Source of the DNA: Marsupella aquatica
Lineage: Eukaryota > Plantae > Marchantiophyta
DNA length: 64,000 nucleotides
NCBI GenBank assembly: GCA_973895155.1
Contig: OZ316891.1
Span: forward strand, 23,807,899-23,871,898
Direction: 5' to 3'
Below are positions 13,935 to 26,886 of the stretch, in pieces; the stretch's first letter is position 1, and every line of letters starts with the position of its first letter. Below the pieces are notes generated by a model, which had not been told where the DNA came from, searched no databases, and saw only the letters and a program-made list of their open reading frames with translations. Both the position numbers and the translations under genes were made by a program.

Positions 13935-16155
13935 GTACGGAGCATGCTTTGCTTCTCTCGGTTTGAATCTGGCATGGCCGTTCGGATATCTAGAGGTCTG
14001 GAGCTTGAAATGGCAGTAGAATATTTGAACGTCATAAATGGTATTTTGTTGAAATATTATAGCACAATGTCGTTCTCAGCTTTTATCTCTTCTATTCTTC
14101 TCAGATCTTCTACAATATTCACTTGCCTGCTTACTCTAGGGGGGCATGGCCTGTGAACCCTTGTGGACTATAGCTAGCCCTCAAAGAAATGAGGAACCTA
14201 ACTCAGGATACTCTTTACCAATGAGACCGCACAACATGTCTGTCTTAGTTTTGAATGACGAGCCTGAATGCTCATTCTTTGAATGGCAATAGAATGATAA
14301 CAAAAATCAACTTGCATGATCCATTTTGATGTACCATACATTCGATTCTCAATTCTGCTCTCCATACGCATACATTTGGTGGGGCCCTAGAGTTAGGGTC
14401 TAGAGGTTTCACTCTAGAAGCCTAGACCCAACTCTAGCTTGACTTCTGTTTGCTAATTAGTAGTAATATGTGAAAAACCCTTGCAACTTACCACCCAAGT
14501 ATAAATTCCACGGTTTCAATTTTGACATTATTAAGTGTTCTTGGCTTGATTTCTTGTGCAGGCATGAGAGAGCCGAACCTGATAAGGGTATAATGTATGA
14601 AACCCTTACCCCCAAGGTAAAAGGAGGATACCCAATCAAATTGAGTCCTAGGACACAGGTGTGATAGCGCAGAAGCCTGTTTTAGTTATGCACACAGTTG
14701 GTATATTACCACATTTTGATGTGTGATTACCGACACGGAACTAAATGTACCCATGTTGAAGGCAAGTGTTACAAGCTAGACTTCCATATTAGTACATATT
14801 AAAATGATGATGTGATCAACTTGAGCTTTCAATGAAATAATTTGAGTTGCAGTTTATTACAATACATTTACCTTTTTTATGATGATGTCTTGGAGCCCGT
14901 CTTGGAGAAAGTGAAAAGTAAATGAACATCCATGTTGGACACAATGCTCTTGTGGACCACATGTTGATTGTCCATGGGAGTTTTGGGCTTATAACTTGAT
15001 GATTATAAGTCCTTAAATTGTTTTTAGTTTTGCACCTCCAAGGCAACTAGAGAAGGAGGAGCCCTGAAAAAACACAAGCTCACATACTTCATACTAACAC
15101 AATGAAAATTAGTTCTACTAGAATTTACCTCTCATCATTCCATGATGGATAACTCATTCAACCAAAATGGCCAAATTCAAACATTTTTTAGTTTTGAGGA
15201 TGCGCTGGAGGAGTAGGTAAGCCACATTTCCATAAAAGTGACAGTGAATTTTATGAGCATCAAGTTATTACAATTAAACTCAATTTTTGGGAAATGTGGT
15301 CCATGGGGGTTTCAAAAGACCATCGTTGTGGTCCATGAGAGCATCATTTTCTGTCTTGGAATATTGTACTAATACTTATACTGGAGATTGGAATAACTGA
15401 TATTGATCTACTTTGGAAGCTATTGAACTTCCACATGAATTTTTTTTGTCTCCAGCTTTACTAAGCATAGACAATGTCAATCTTTATCCACATCAGTATA
15501 GAAAAGTGAAAGGTTAGTGGATTACCAGAAAGTACCAACAGAATCACCTTGGACTTTTTATATAATTATTAAATTTGCAAAGACCCTACAGTCGGGGGGA
15601 ACTCATAGCACCAGAATCGTAAAGAACAACAAAGGAAACTCCACCCTGCCAGGAGGGCAGAAGCAAAACAAGCCCAATTTCTAGGCAAGGGAAGGGGAAA
15701 ACCAGCCCACTGAACCCCCCACCAACCTAACAAAGAACCAAAACTTACCACAAAAGAATGGTGCCAACGGCATAATTGTCGTCACCATGGCAGAACAAAA
15801 CTCCAACACAGCACGACAACCCCTACAGCTTGTGTATAAAAGATAGAGGGAAAGGACATCCCACCAGGCCCGACAGAACCACTGCCGCGCCCCTAACCCG
15901 GGCCTTAAATCCAGTTTAGTTCCATGGGGCGACCTAATGGTACATTAAATAAAATGTGCATTCATGATTGAATCTCTTCGCAAAAGATTTTTTTATAACA
16001 AGTGAAGGGTGTTTTAAATCCCCAAATCTATTTGATTACAATAACATAGGTAAGTTTTATATAGGACTGAAAATTCTTTTTAGAACGAACAAGATACATT
16101 TTAATGTTCTTCCAAAATATAACAAGGGGTACCTGGGGGCCTTCAGTCACAGGTA

Positions 16156-19039
16156 TGTCTCATTACATTTCCCTTAGTGAGGGCCCAGGGCCACCAGTAG
16201 GGGTGAGGGTTCGGGCAAGGAGGTGTGTAGTGGCCTCGATTAGCCCTAAGTCAGGCTAAGGCAATATACTTACTGGTATAACACTTACGCAACTCGTACT
16301 AATCATAGGTATATTTGTTTTCCACCGCTGGAATTCCCACAGTTAGTGACTCGGACTAACTCCCGGCTTGGGGCTTTCAAGCCATCGACGCGACAGAACC
16401 TTGTGACATGCAATGGGTGGCAATCCCTACTATTAGTCGGCACCCGGTACGTCCCTTGAAATGGCGCCTTTGCGCAGACAAAGCATACACACAACACCAG
16501 TTACTCGCGGAAACATTAGAGGGAAAGACTATATTTACTCAGCGAAGAATCGGTTTACATAGTTGACTCAACTTCTAAGGGGGTCAGCAGGCCCAACGGC
16601 AGTCGATGCCCAGTCTCTACGAGGCCCCGCCCCGCACTTTCCCAACAAGCTTGACTCTGGCCCTCACTCCTTAGTGCACTCTGACCCTGCTCAGGCCGGG
16701 ACTCCCTGTGCCTCGCATTTTCTTATGCTGAAATAAGTAACTAAGCCTTCTCCCCCCTCCCATTGCGGAAGGGGAAGCCTAAATACTACAGTTGCGGAAA
16801 GGAACTAGAAGATACTACCTTCCGGGGTAATGCCTACTGACTAACTACCTTCTGACTAGCCGGCCGCACTCCTCTGACCGGTTGACCGTTGGCGGCAAGG
16901 GCGCTGACCGGGGTGGCAGCAGCTAAGTCTACTGACCACAATCTAGTCCGTTGATGGACTCTATCCTACGTCGACTGATCCTAACTGATCCTGTCCTATT
17001 TCTTCCTGTTGTGCCGCTAATCGGTGCCTAATGACAGCTATTTTGTTGTTAAGCCTAATCAAAAAGATGTTGCTGACTCAACTGCCCGGCGCGGTGCCTG
17101 CTCACACCCTCCGCTAACCACCCCTTATGTGCGTGCTGTGGTCGGATCAGGGTTTGTCCCCCTGTTGGGGCGAGACCTCGAGCCGCCTTGATCAGGGGTG
17201 GGCCCTGGTCTTCCCCATTGGAGGACGAGCAGGGTAACGTGGTCCTGCAAGGCCTTGTTGTCCCGCACCGCCTCCTCCGCCTTGTTTGCAGCTTCATCGG
17301 CCTCTGTCTGGAGCCGTGCTACCTCTAGGTTGAGCTGGTCGATGGAGTCACGATGGGTCTGGTCCTGCACCAGCAATTTATCTCATTCGGTAGAGAGACT
17401 AGCCACCTGCTGAGCTGCTTGTAGGAATTGGTTGTTGAGGTCGGTCAGGCTGGTAACCCGAGCCGAGGATTCCGAGCACAACTGAAGCACGGTGTCATCC
17501 AGCTTCTTGAGATCCACTTGCGCCCCGCTCAACTCCTGGGTTAGTCCATCCCGTTGTTTGACGGTGCAGACTAACTCCTCACGGCGGGTAGTGGCCTCCT
17601 CCTCGAGGTGTTCTACCAGCATTTGGAGGCGCCCGATCTCATTCCCCTTTGCCATGAGTTCTTCTTCCAAGCGGCTTACGATCCGTGGTTGGTGGTCTAA
17701 CATGAAGAAGGCTGGTTGAAAGTACGCTGAGACTTGTTGTCCAATGTACGTCGCTAGCTCCCCTGATAGAGTCTGACTAAACTTCTAGACCAAGGCGTAG
17801 GCCATGCTCCCCAGGGCTACTTGGTAGTCCTCCATCCTCTCGGGCACCGGTGGTTCCTCAGGCGGGGTGGTGAGCTCCTCCGTAGTCTGCACTAGGGAGG
17901 GGAAGGTTTCTTCAGGTGGTGGAGGGATAGGGGGTGGTTGTATTGCAGGTAGCGAAGGTTCGACAGAAGGGGGTGGCGGAATTTCACCAAGAGGGGGTGA
18001 CGGAGTATTAGTTGGGGCCTCCGGCTTGGGGTTTGCCTGAGGCACGGTAGTCCGCTCGCTCGGGGATGCCTCCTCTGGAGTGGGGGTGACATTAGTCGGG
18101 GCTGAGGTGGCCATATTCTTTCCTCTGGCCTCCCGCCGTGCCTTGTACCAAGCGAGGATGATGGCGATATAACTTCCCAAGTAAGTCTTTCCCCCAATAG
18201 CCATTCCTCCCTGAGCCCGCTTAAGCTCTCCCGAGAACCTACGGTAAAAGAATTGGGCCCAGTTCTGCCGTTTGTATTGTTCCACCTGTACGATCGTGCA
18301 GAGGGAGATCTCGGATTGTGGCTCAATCATGTGTAGGGTAGTCTGTATGAAGTTAAGCCGTATGCGTATCTTCTTTTGTAAGCGGCTTTCTTGGGACAAG
18401 AGTACCAGTAAGTCTTGGAGAACTTAGCACCTACCTTGCCAAACAAGGTCCAGAATCCCAAGGCTGTAAGGGTCATGCTAACCTTTGTAGTCTGGTTCGC
18501 CGAGTCCGCATTCCCGCCCGGCCGGTCCGCTTACTGGTGGAGGCCTTACTTGCCCTGACTAAATCTTGCCACAATCCGCTCTTATCCCTCGATGATCTCC
18601 TCATAAAGGTCAGCTTGATTTGAGCAAAAAGGCGAGAGAATGGTAGCGTCTGCAAATTTTGAAAGGTAGAAATGAGCAAATGGCCCGTAGCTCCATCAAC
18701 TTTGCTCTTATGGAGGTGCCAGGGTGAGCTTGAGCGTGAGAGGGAAAGGCCATTCTCGAGGCTGTTTTGGTTGTTGATAATGAGCTGAAGTCGGTGTCTC
18801 GGTCCAAGCGTGATTCTCCTAACGGAGTTTTACTCCACCGCTGCCACCATACCGCAATCGAGCGTAATAATCCTCTACCTTAATTCGTAATCATTTGATC
18901 AACTAACCTACCCCTAATCTATTCATAATGGCAAAGATGGCTATTCGTGCTATTCTACACTACGGCTACGGTCCTAATGACCGTATAAGTCCTAATCTAG
19001 GACCTGCATTCGGTTAAGTGATACGTTGCCCGTGTCACA
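16156..19039 (-). mobile_element. Decayed ORF-bearing long LTR-like element (family Z), related to family Y
   Basis: Starts TGTGACAC on the minus strand at 19039 and shares the near-3' motif tgcccgaaccctc with Y (16205-16217). Left boundary is uncertain and no TSD was found. Confidence 0.6.
17125..18399 (-). pseudogene. Family-Z internal ORF remnant (conserved domain, Pro-rich linker, coiled coil)
   Basis: ORFs 17785-18399, 17383-17703 and 17125-17376 are in one frame separated by single stops. LHMIEPQSEIS...NWAQFF...IGGKTYLGSYIAIILAWY aligns with Y LHMMEPRGEIS...KWASYF...IGGKAYFASHIEIILEWY. Confidence 0.8.
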
Positions 19040-21552
19040 ACCACCAGGGCCCAGGCCAATCAGAATCTCCGGGAAAGAGAGCATTTATGCTAAGTAATCT
19101 AATCCTTAACCTGATCAATCCCTCACCTGAAAAGAGCCAAAAGCCAAGCCAAAAGCCATCAAACCAGGGAGACTCTGCCCAAACCGAGCAACACACCAAC
19201 CCAAAAAGAATCCCAAAACCGATGAGCCCATAAACTCCAAGTTCCATGCGACAAAATTTTGGGAAATCCACCGACTTGATGGCCTTTGGACTCCTGCTCT
19301 AAAAGGCACTTTCGATACAGGTATCGGTGTTCACTTTGCTTCCAATGTTTGTGACTCTCTAGCGATTGATATCTGATGTGAAGAGCGATACCTGTATTGC
19401 AGTTGGCGCTCAATAAAATAAACACGAGTAGGTGTGTCGTGGGAATTGTAAGAAGTTTAATGCAGAGTTGTATGGGAGTAAAGGATTATTTAAGGAATAA
19501 AGGCTTGAGATTAAGGAGGGGGTCTGATAGAAAATTTATGCGGAACCTTGTGGATGATATGGCCAAGAGCAAATTTTTAGACATCAAGGCACAATCTACC
19601 GACAGGTCCGAATCCAGTGAATCGGAGTGCTCAGATTAACTTGGATCTCTGTTGTTAATTTGGGTGTATTTTTTAGTGCAACTATGCTAGCGTCGGGCGC
19701 TACCCAAATGTATGCCAGAAATACTGCACAATAAAAATATTATATGTCAGTTGTAACCATGGAGTGTCCGCTCGAAGTACACTTTCTATTATAGTAGCGC
19801 CCTACTATAATTGTATAACGGTCATGATGCTGGTACATTGGTACTCCCGTACCTTTTGGATGACGTCAGTCAAATTTCCCGTTAATATTTTGTCTGGTCT
19901 GCCGCGATGGTCATGTGTGGTGAAAATGCCCGTTTCATGTTGAATCGGCCGTTTCCTTTTTAGACCATAACGGGAGTTTGAGGGTGCTACCACCGTTTCC
20001 GGATGGAGCGGGCGGTTCAGGTCGCCACAAGGTTACACCCTAATCCCTATAAACTTTGAGCGATTATGTCCTGAATGCCCTGTATTGCATCAGTTCTCAG
20101 TGTGATCCGCCATTATCATCTTATAGTGCTTTCCACTTTTGATTGTGTTCGAGATCTTTTGCTGACCTGCCATGGATAATCCCCAGAGAATCTCTGCAGC
20201 CTACTTTCAAAGACACACTACGATCATTTTGGAAGAGAGTTTGGTTCCCGTGACTGAACAGCCCGAATGGTTGGAAACAAGTGCCTTCCGCAACCGCTTC
20301 AACCTTCCGCAAGACAAAGCGATTAGTCCTGGTGAAACGCTGATCCCGTGGCTGAGAATTTCTTTGCCAAGGAGGTTTGCGAAAAGGTTTTCTGTTCACT
20401 GGCCACCTCCTCCCCATAGTCCAACTCGGGAGGATGAAATGAGGAAACAGGAAGAATTTGGCCGTGTAGATTTCCAGAACACCCCCGTTCCTGGCGTGTT
20501 TCCCCGAAGTGGTGACGAGCAAAGTCCATCTGCCTCTTACATCAGGACCCGAGAGCATGGTTTCGTTCCTGATTCAGTCCAATCTATAGCTGGAATCGAC
20601 GACGATTGTGGCTCATCTACGAATGAGTGGACTAGCGCCCGGCGCTAGTATGGTCACCTTCACAATGGACATTGCGTAGTTTGCAAAATGTGTTGATGAG
20701 TTCAGTTTAGGGTGTGTCTTGCATATGGCTACAGCTTATTTGATCTATCTCTTACAGATTATTTGATACATGTCTTAGCCATTTTTGTCATCGCTTGTCT
20801 GTAGATCTAACAAGTGACGCTAGTTTACCGTCTCGATAGTATCAAGCAATAGGCATAGGATGCGCGTTGCTTTTTGAATTTTGCGATCCTTTGGTTTACG
20901 GGGTGGACACCTCGGATCATTTTGAACTTTTGTAAGCGCTTGGCACTACCATATTAGTAAATTAATTTTCTATCACAAGACTTCGTGTATTGTGGATTGG
21001 CGTCGGATGTGCAAATTGGTTGGATTTGGTTTGTCGTTACCCGCCTCTGCCAAAGAGGTGTGAGGAGAATGCCATCCTTGGCATTGATGGTGAGAACGGT
21101 TTTACTCCCAACACAACCACATCTAAGGCTGGCATCGAGGACGACAACGGTTCTTCCACAACCGAAAGGACTAGCGCCTGCGCCAGGCGCTAGCGTGATC
21201 ACTTGCCCGACCGAGACGCTGCACATTCTTCGATATCTTCTTGTACATGAGTTTTTGTTCTTTGGGACGGATTTGCTATTCGCTAACGGATAGCGGTCAA
21301 AATGGTTTTAAATGTACAGTTCCCATAAGCTTTTTAAACGAGCGCCTGGCGCTATTCTTGACCATTTTTTGTGCATTTGACTCAAATCTTCTAAACGTCC
21401 TGTTTTGAATGTCAAGTTCTTTGTTCACACCTAAATTTTTTTGGGCATTCTTTGCTGAAGTTTTCTATATTTGGTTTCCTGTTTCCTGTCATCGTTTCCT
21501 GTTTTGGGTTTCTTATTTTCCTGTTTCCTGTCTTATGTAAATACCCCAACTC

Positions 21553-21810
21553 TAGGGTCAATCTTGAAATTAGGACATGTATCAGTATTTATAAGAACAT
21601 ACCGTCATTATGGACTTCTCTCATAAATGACTAACTCCAGAGTCAATACTAAAACTAGGATATATCAGTGTTTACAACAACATACTGTCATTATGGACTT
21701 GTTGCATAAATGACTAAATATAGGGTCAATCTAAAAATCACGATATATCAATGTTTACAATAACATATAGTCATTATGGACTTATTGCATAAATGACTAC
21801 TTATAGAGTC
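21553..21810. repeat. ~84-bp tandem repeat, 3 copies
   Basis: Units (t/c)ag(g/a)gtcaat...gtcattatggactt...cataaatgact, each with an internal GTCAT...ATGAC inverted pair. Confidence 0.85.
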
Positions 21811-24159
21811 ATTAAAGAACCCAAGAGATATGAAGATTAAAATACTCAATAGTTATTCTAGACACCGGTCATAATTGTAGAGTCATTGATATAGTTGATA
21901 ACCCTTCCACTAAATGCGGGACACAATACTCATCATTGTCCTCCCACTGGTTGCAGCATTAGCAATTTGAACACATGTCTTGCATTTACTTAAGGCATGA
22001 TGCACCTAGCTTTGGGGAAATCACTCTCAAGTCATACACCTTTGGAGTGATTTGCCAGAAGTGTTACCATATATAGATGCATACTATCGTATCCAAAGGC
22101 AAATGAAGCCTTTTTGTCTCTCCAAGAAGTAGGGCAATACCAATGGAAGGTTATCATCCTTTGTTGTAATTGTGTCATGTTTGTGTTGGTGTTTGGATGG
22201 GGAATATTTTAATTTGCAAATGAATAGTGATGGGGCATTCAAGGAGCTAGTGTAATCTTTATTGGGTCATTTCTAAAAAACTTTGCATCACAAATACCAA
22301 TGACTACAAGTAGGGTCATTAAATTTGTCATATGGACTGTCATATAAGTCAAGTGACTGGACTTGTGGTCATTTGTGTGGTCCCTCATGCAGTCATTAAA
22401 CACAAGCACTAATGACCAGTTTGGGGCTAGGGGCTGGAGGTGGGCCCTAGAGTGCAATGGGGCCCCACATAGAGGTGAGAACCCCTCCACTAGGTGCGGG
22501 ACACTATACTCATCATTGTCCAACCACTATTTGCGACATAAGCACTTTGGACACATGTTTTTGCGTTTACTTAAGGCATGATGCACCTTTGGGGAAATCA
22601 CTCCCAAGTCGTATGACTTTGGAGTGATTTGTCAAAAGTGTCACCATGCATGCATACCATCACATCCAAAGGCAAATAAAAGTCATTTTTTGGTTCTCCA
22701 AGAGGTAGTGCTGCACCAATGGAATGGGCAGGGGAGTTGTGCTTCTCAGTATGGTGTGGGTGCGGGTTTAGGGAAGAGGAATATTCCAACCTTGCAAGGA
22801 ATCTAAAGTTGGCTCTCTTTGGAGATACTAGGGCCTTTATTGGGTCATATGTGAGCAATGGCCCGTCATAAATACCAATGACTAAAAGTAGGGTCATTAA
22901 AACTGTCATATGGAGAGTCATATCAGTCTAATGACTGGATTTGTGGTCATTTGAGGGTCCCTCATGCAGTCTTTATGGAAAAGCACAAATGACCAGTTTG
23001 GGGCTAGGGGCTTGAGGTGGGCCCTAGAGTGCCATGGGGCCCCACTTTGAGGTGAGAACCCCTCCACTAGGTGCGGGACACTGTACTCATCATTGTCCAA
23101 CCATTAGTTGCGACATAAACACTTTGGACACATGTTTTTGCATTTACTTAAGGCATGATGCACCTTTGGGGAAATCACTCCCAAGTCGTACGACTCTGGA
23201 GTGATTTTCCAAAAGTGTGTCCATGCATGCACACCATCACATCCAAAGGCAAATAAAAGTTGTTTTTTGGTTCTCCAAGAGGTAGTGTTGCACCAATGGA
23301 ATGGGGAGGGAAGTTGTGCTTCTCAGTATGGTGCGGGTGCGGGTTTAGGGAAGAGGAATATTCCAACCTTGCAAGGAATCTAAAGTTGGCTCTCTTTGGA
23401 GGTACTAGGGCCTTTATTGGGTCATATGTGAGCAATGGCCCGTCATAAATACCAATGACTAAAAGTAGGTTCATTAAAACTGTCAATGGAGAGTCATATC
23501 AGTCTAATGATTGGATTTGTGGTCATTTTATGGGTCCCTCATACAGTCTTTAAGGAAAAGCACAAATGACCAGTTTGGGGCTAGGGGCTTGAGGTGGGCC
23601 CTAGAGTGCCATGGGGCCCCACATAGAGGTGAGAACCCCTCCAATGGGTGCGGGACACTATACTCATCATTGTCCAACCACTAGCTGCGACATAAACACT
23701 TTGGACACATGTTTTTGCGTTTACTTAAAGCATGATGCACCTTTGGGGAAATCACTCTCAAGTCGTACAACTTTGGAGTGATTTGCCAAATTAAAGTGTG
23801 TGTGACGCCACCGGTACGGCGGTTAATGAGTGATTCGGTCTAACTGCGCTTAGCATGCATGTTAGGAGTGTCTTAGGCCGCTATTATTAGCATAACGACA
23901 GTATTTAGGTAATCATTATGGGTAGGACATCATTAGGCAATAAGGGGGAATTCAGGTTTGGACTGGCGGCGGGTCGCTATTCGCACACCCGGGTTACGAG
24001 CGTGGAGGGGCCCCTCCCTCGGATCCGTATAACGAACTTAAGGAAGCGACCACTGACACGCGCTGACTCAGACCGGCGGAGTGGCCGGTACACCACAAGC
24101 GTGAGCGGTTCAGCCTATGGGCATCGAGGAGACGTCGGGGGATCAACAAGCCCTCAAGG

Positions 24160-24166
24160 TATAAAA
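24160..24166 (+). promoter_or_regulatory. Putative TATA box of LTR Y
   Basis: TATAAAA followed by GGGG, about 360 bp into the LTR and 117 bp upstream of the ORF ATG at 24277. Confidence 0.55.
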
Positions 24167-24276
24167 GGGGAGCCAACCCTTTGTAGTGCACCAGTCCATC
24201 AGTCCACGCGCCAGCTTTGACCCCAGCTCTCTAGTTTGCTCTAAGTCGCCACTACTATCTCCTCTAAATATCGCAC

Positions 24277-26886
24277 ATGATCCTCTCCAGCTCGGCCATT
24301 CGATTCTGGACGCAGTTCCTATCTACCGGAAGGCACTTGGCCGACTCATTGAAACACGCCAACCCGCGCCGATACGAAATCGAACGTGAGTACGAGAGAG
24401 CCATCCGCCTAGCAGGACGACACCACTACATCCTTAACTTTGACTACTCGTCTCAGAGCGAGCTTTACTGACCAGCAGAGGTATCTGGGTACTTCTTCAA
24501 TGGAGACAAATATATCGGTTTTTGGGAAGCATTGCTTTGGATTCCGGACGAGGTCTTCAATATCCCGAGGACGATCGACTTGCAACGACATCACTTCGAC
24601 CACATCCCTGCTCAGGTTCGGGCTATCATCAACAGCGAGTCCAGTACTAACCGTTCGACAAGGTCGTCCGCACTTGCTTCGGAGAACTTCTACCAGCACC
24701 TGCAGAGCTTCATGGAAACTCGGCCATCAACCAACATGACCAACTCAGTCAAACCCGTACCCGTACCCGTACCCATGCAACCTCAGGCTCAACCTCAGGC
24801 TCAGCTTCAGCTTCAGCCTCAGCCGCAGCCTAGCCAAACCCCACCACCGATCGCCCAGCCAGCACAAGTACGCTCCGTCATCAACGCTGTGGATCTTAGC
24901 AATGACGACGAGGCTACCCCACCCTTGACCAGGCGGCCCAGAGGAACAAGCGCTCAGGGGGCCGACACTATATCGTCCCCACCGCCTGCTCTGACCCCAG
25001 GAGCGGCCCCGGCAGACAACATGGTGACCGTGGCCGCCCCGGGCCCGTTACTAACGGCAGTGGCACTACCCTGGCCCGATCGGGAGGATGGGGAAGTGTC
25101 ACCTTCCCCGAGCCAGTCACGGGGGAAGAAGAGGAAGGAATCCACCACTGCATCCGGGTTACCGTTGGCCACGGTAGCCGTAGCCAAGGTGACGATGCAC
25201 CGCATGGGGGAAAACGTTCACAACAACATCCTCCAGCCCAAGCATGCGGTGTACCTGAAGACTCAGGGATTTGAGCACCTCACCTCTCTCCCCTGGAACA
25301 CTTGCAGGTACTACGGGGAGGACATGACAGAATTTGTCAAGAATTATGATGACGTACGTCAACAGACTCGGCTGCGGGGAAGGAATATGTCCCTCACGGA
25401 AGAACGGCTCAAGATGATCTTCGGACTACCCGAAGGTGACCATCGAGTCGAATCACGGGCTCCCGGGGGCAAGGGAGCCAAGTACCAATCCTCAAGTTTT
25501 CCTTCGGAGGGAGCAGTGGACAACGGGTTCGTGATGAGGACCTGCCTCATGCCCAAGATAGCTGAGCGGCTGGAGTTCCAAAGGTACGCCCTCCACATGA
25601 TGGAACCCCGGGGGGAGATCTCCACCGCCCAGGTTATCCAGGTCGAGAACTATCGACCTAGGAAGTGGGCGTCGTACTTCACTAAGAAATTCCATGAAGA
25701 GATGGAGCGGCAAAGGAAAACGCTGTACATTGGCGGGAAGGCGTATTTCGCTAGCCACATCGAGATCATTCTTGAGTGGTATGCCCGGTTTGATCGACGA
25801 ACCCTTCCCCGTGTCAACGTTACAAAGCTGGTCCCAGCTAGGTGGGTTTTCCCGGCCTTGGAGAGACGGCCCCAACCCGAGGCCTGAAGTCCAGCGGACA
25901 CGCCAGCTTCACCCACCCCACCTCCACAAGTAGCTGTAGTCATAACCGAGGAGGTACCGGATGGGTCGGTTGTGGCAACCGTTGATGCGACCCAACAAGT
26001 CGGGCTAAGTACGGCGGAGGTCTTACCCGAGCCCGGGTCTCCCAAAGACCCACCGGTGGCTATTCCGGAGAACCGGACATTGCTGCAGGAGGACACTCCA
26101 GGGCTGGACATCACTGCCCCGGCCCCCACGCGTGTTGACGTCTGCCCGTGCCCAACTCCGGACAGGCACAACCTGGACCACCCGGAACTCTTCGTACCGG
26201 GTACATTTCTGAACGGGCTTCTGGGAGATTTCTCTCATCAAATTGCCCGGGATACCGGGGAGTTCATGGCCCGGAAGGTAGCCTGTTTCTTCAATCAGGA
26301 GTTGGTTGCCGCAGTAAAGGCAGGTCGGGCCCAGTCAGAGGCCCTTCAGAGGATAGAGCAGTACCGGGTGGAGTCCGTGTACCTAAAGAACAAAGTTGCG
26401 GCTCAAGAGGCTAAGCTTCTGCAACTACGACCCAAGGTTGCAGCCGCCAATGAGTTGTTAGCAAAGGCGCACGCTCTTACCGCCCTAGCCAAACAGGCCA
26501 AAGCTGGGAACGAGGCCGAGATTACACGACTCCGGAACCAGATTGACAGTTTGAAGAATCAAACTATCACCTGGCAGAAAGACCTGGAGGAGGCCGAGGA
26601 ACGTGCCCAGCGGGACACAGCGGAGATAGCCACGCTGCAGGCCGAGGTGGCGCGGCTCCAAACTGAGGCCGAAAAGCAGGACCAGCTGGCGGGTAAACTG
26701 ACAAGCGACGCCCAGCAGCTGGAGGAGGCATGTCAGGAGGCAGCAGAGGAGACGGACGCGGTGAGGCGAGAGAACAAATCTCTGCTGGACCAGGTCCAGC
26801 TCCTCAAGGCGGACAATGACAGGCTTTGAAGGTAGCGGGATGGCCGCTCCCATTCGGGCGGCTTTGGCAAGCGTGCCAAGCATTAG
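24277..26886 (+). pseudogene. LTR-encoded ORF of family Y, ancestrally about 869 aa, now with point-mutation stops
   Basis: ORFs 24277, 24532 and 25972 share one frame. Stops at 24469, 25885, 26827 and 26833; the last three correspond to sense codons in the second copy. Architecture is Q/P-rich region, LPW...FGLP.G...NGF...C...KWASYF domain, Pro-rich linker, coiled coil. Confidence 0.85.

Noticed and set aside
14562-14664. Possible next exon of the P450
   Set aside because: It has a good acceptor, but the translation shows no K-helix or ExxR similarity.
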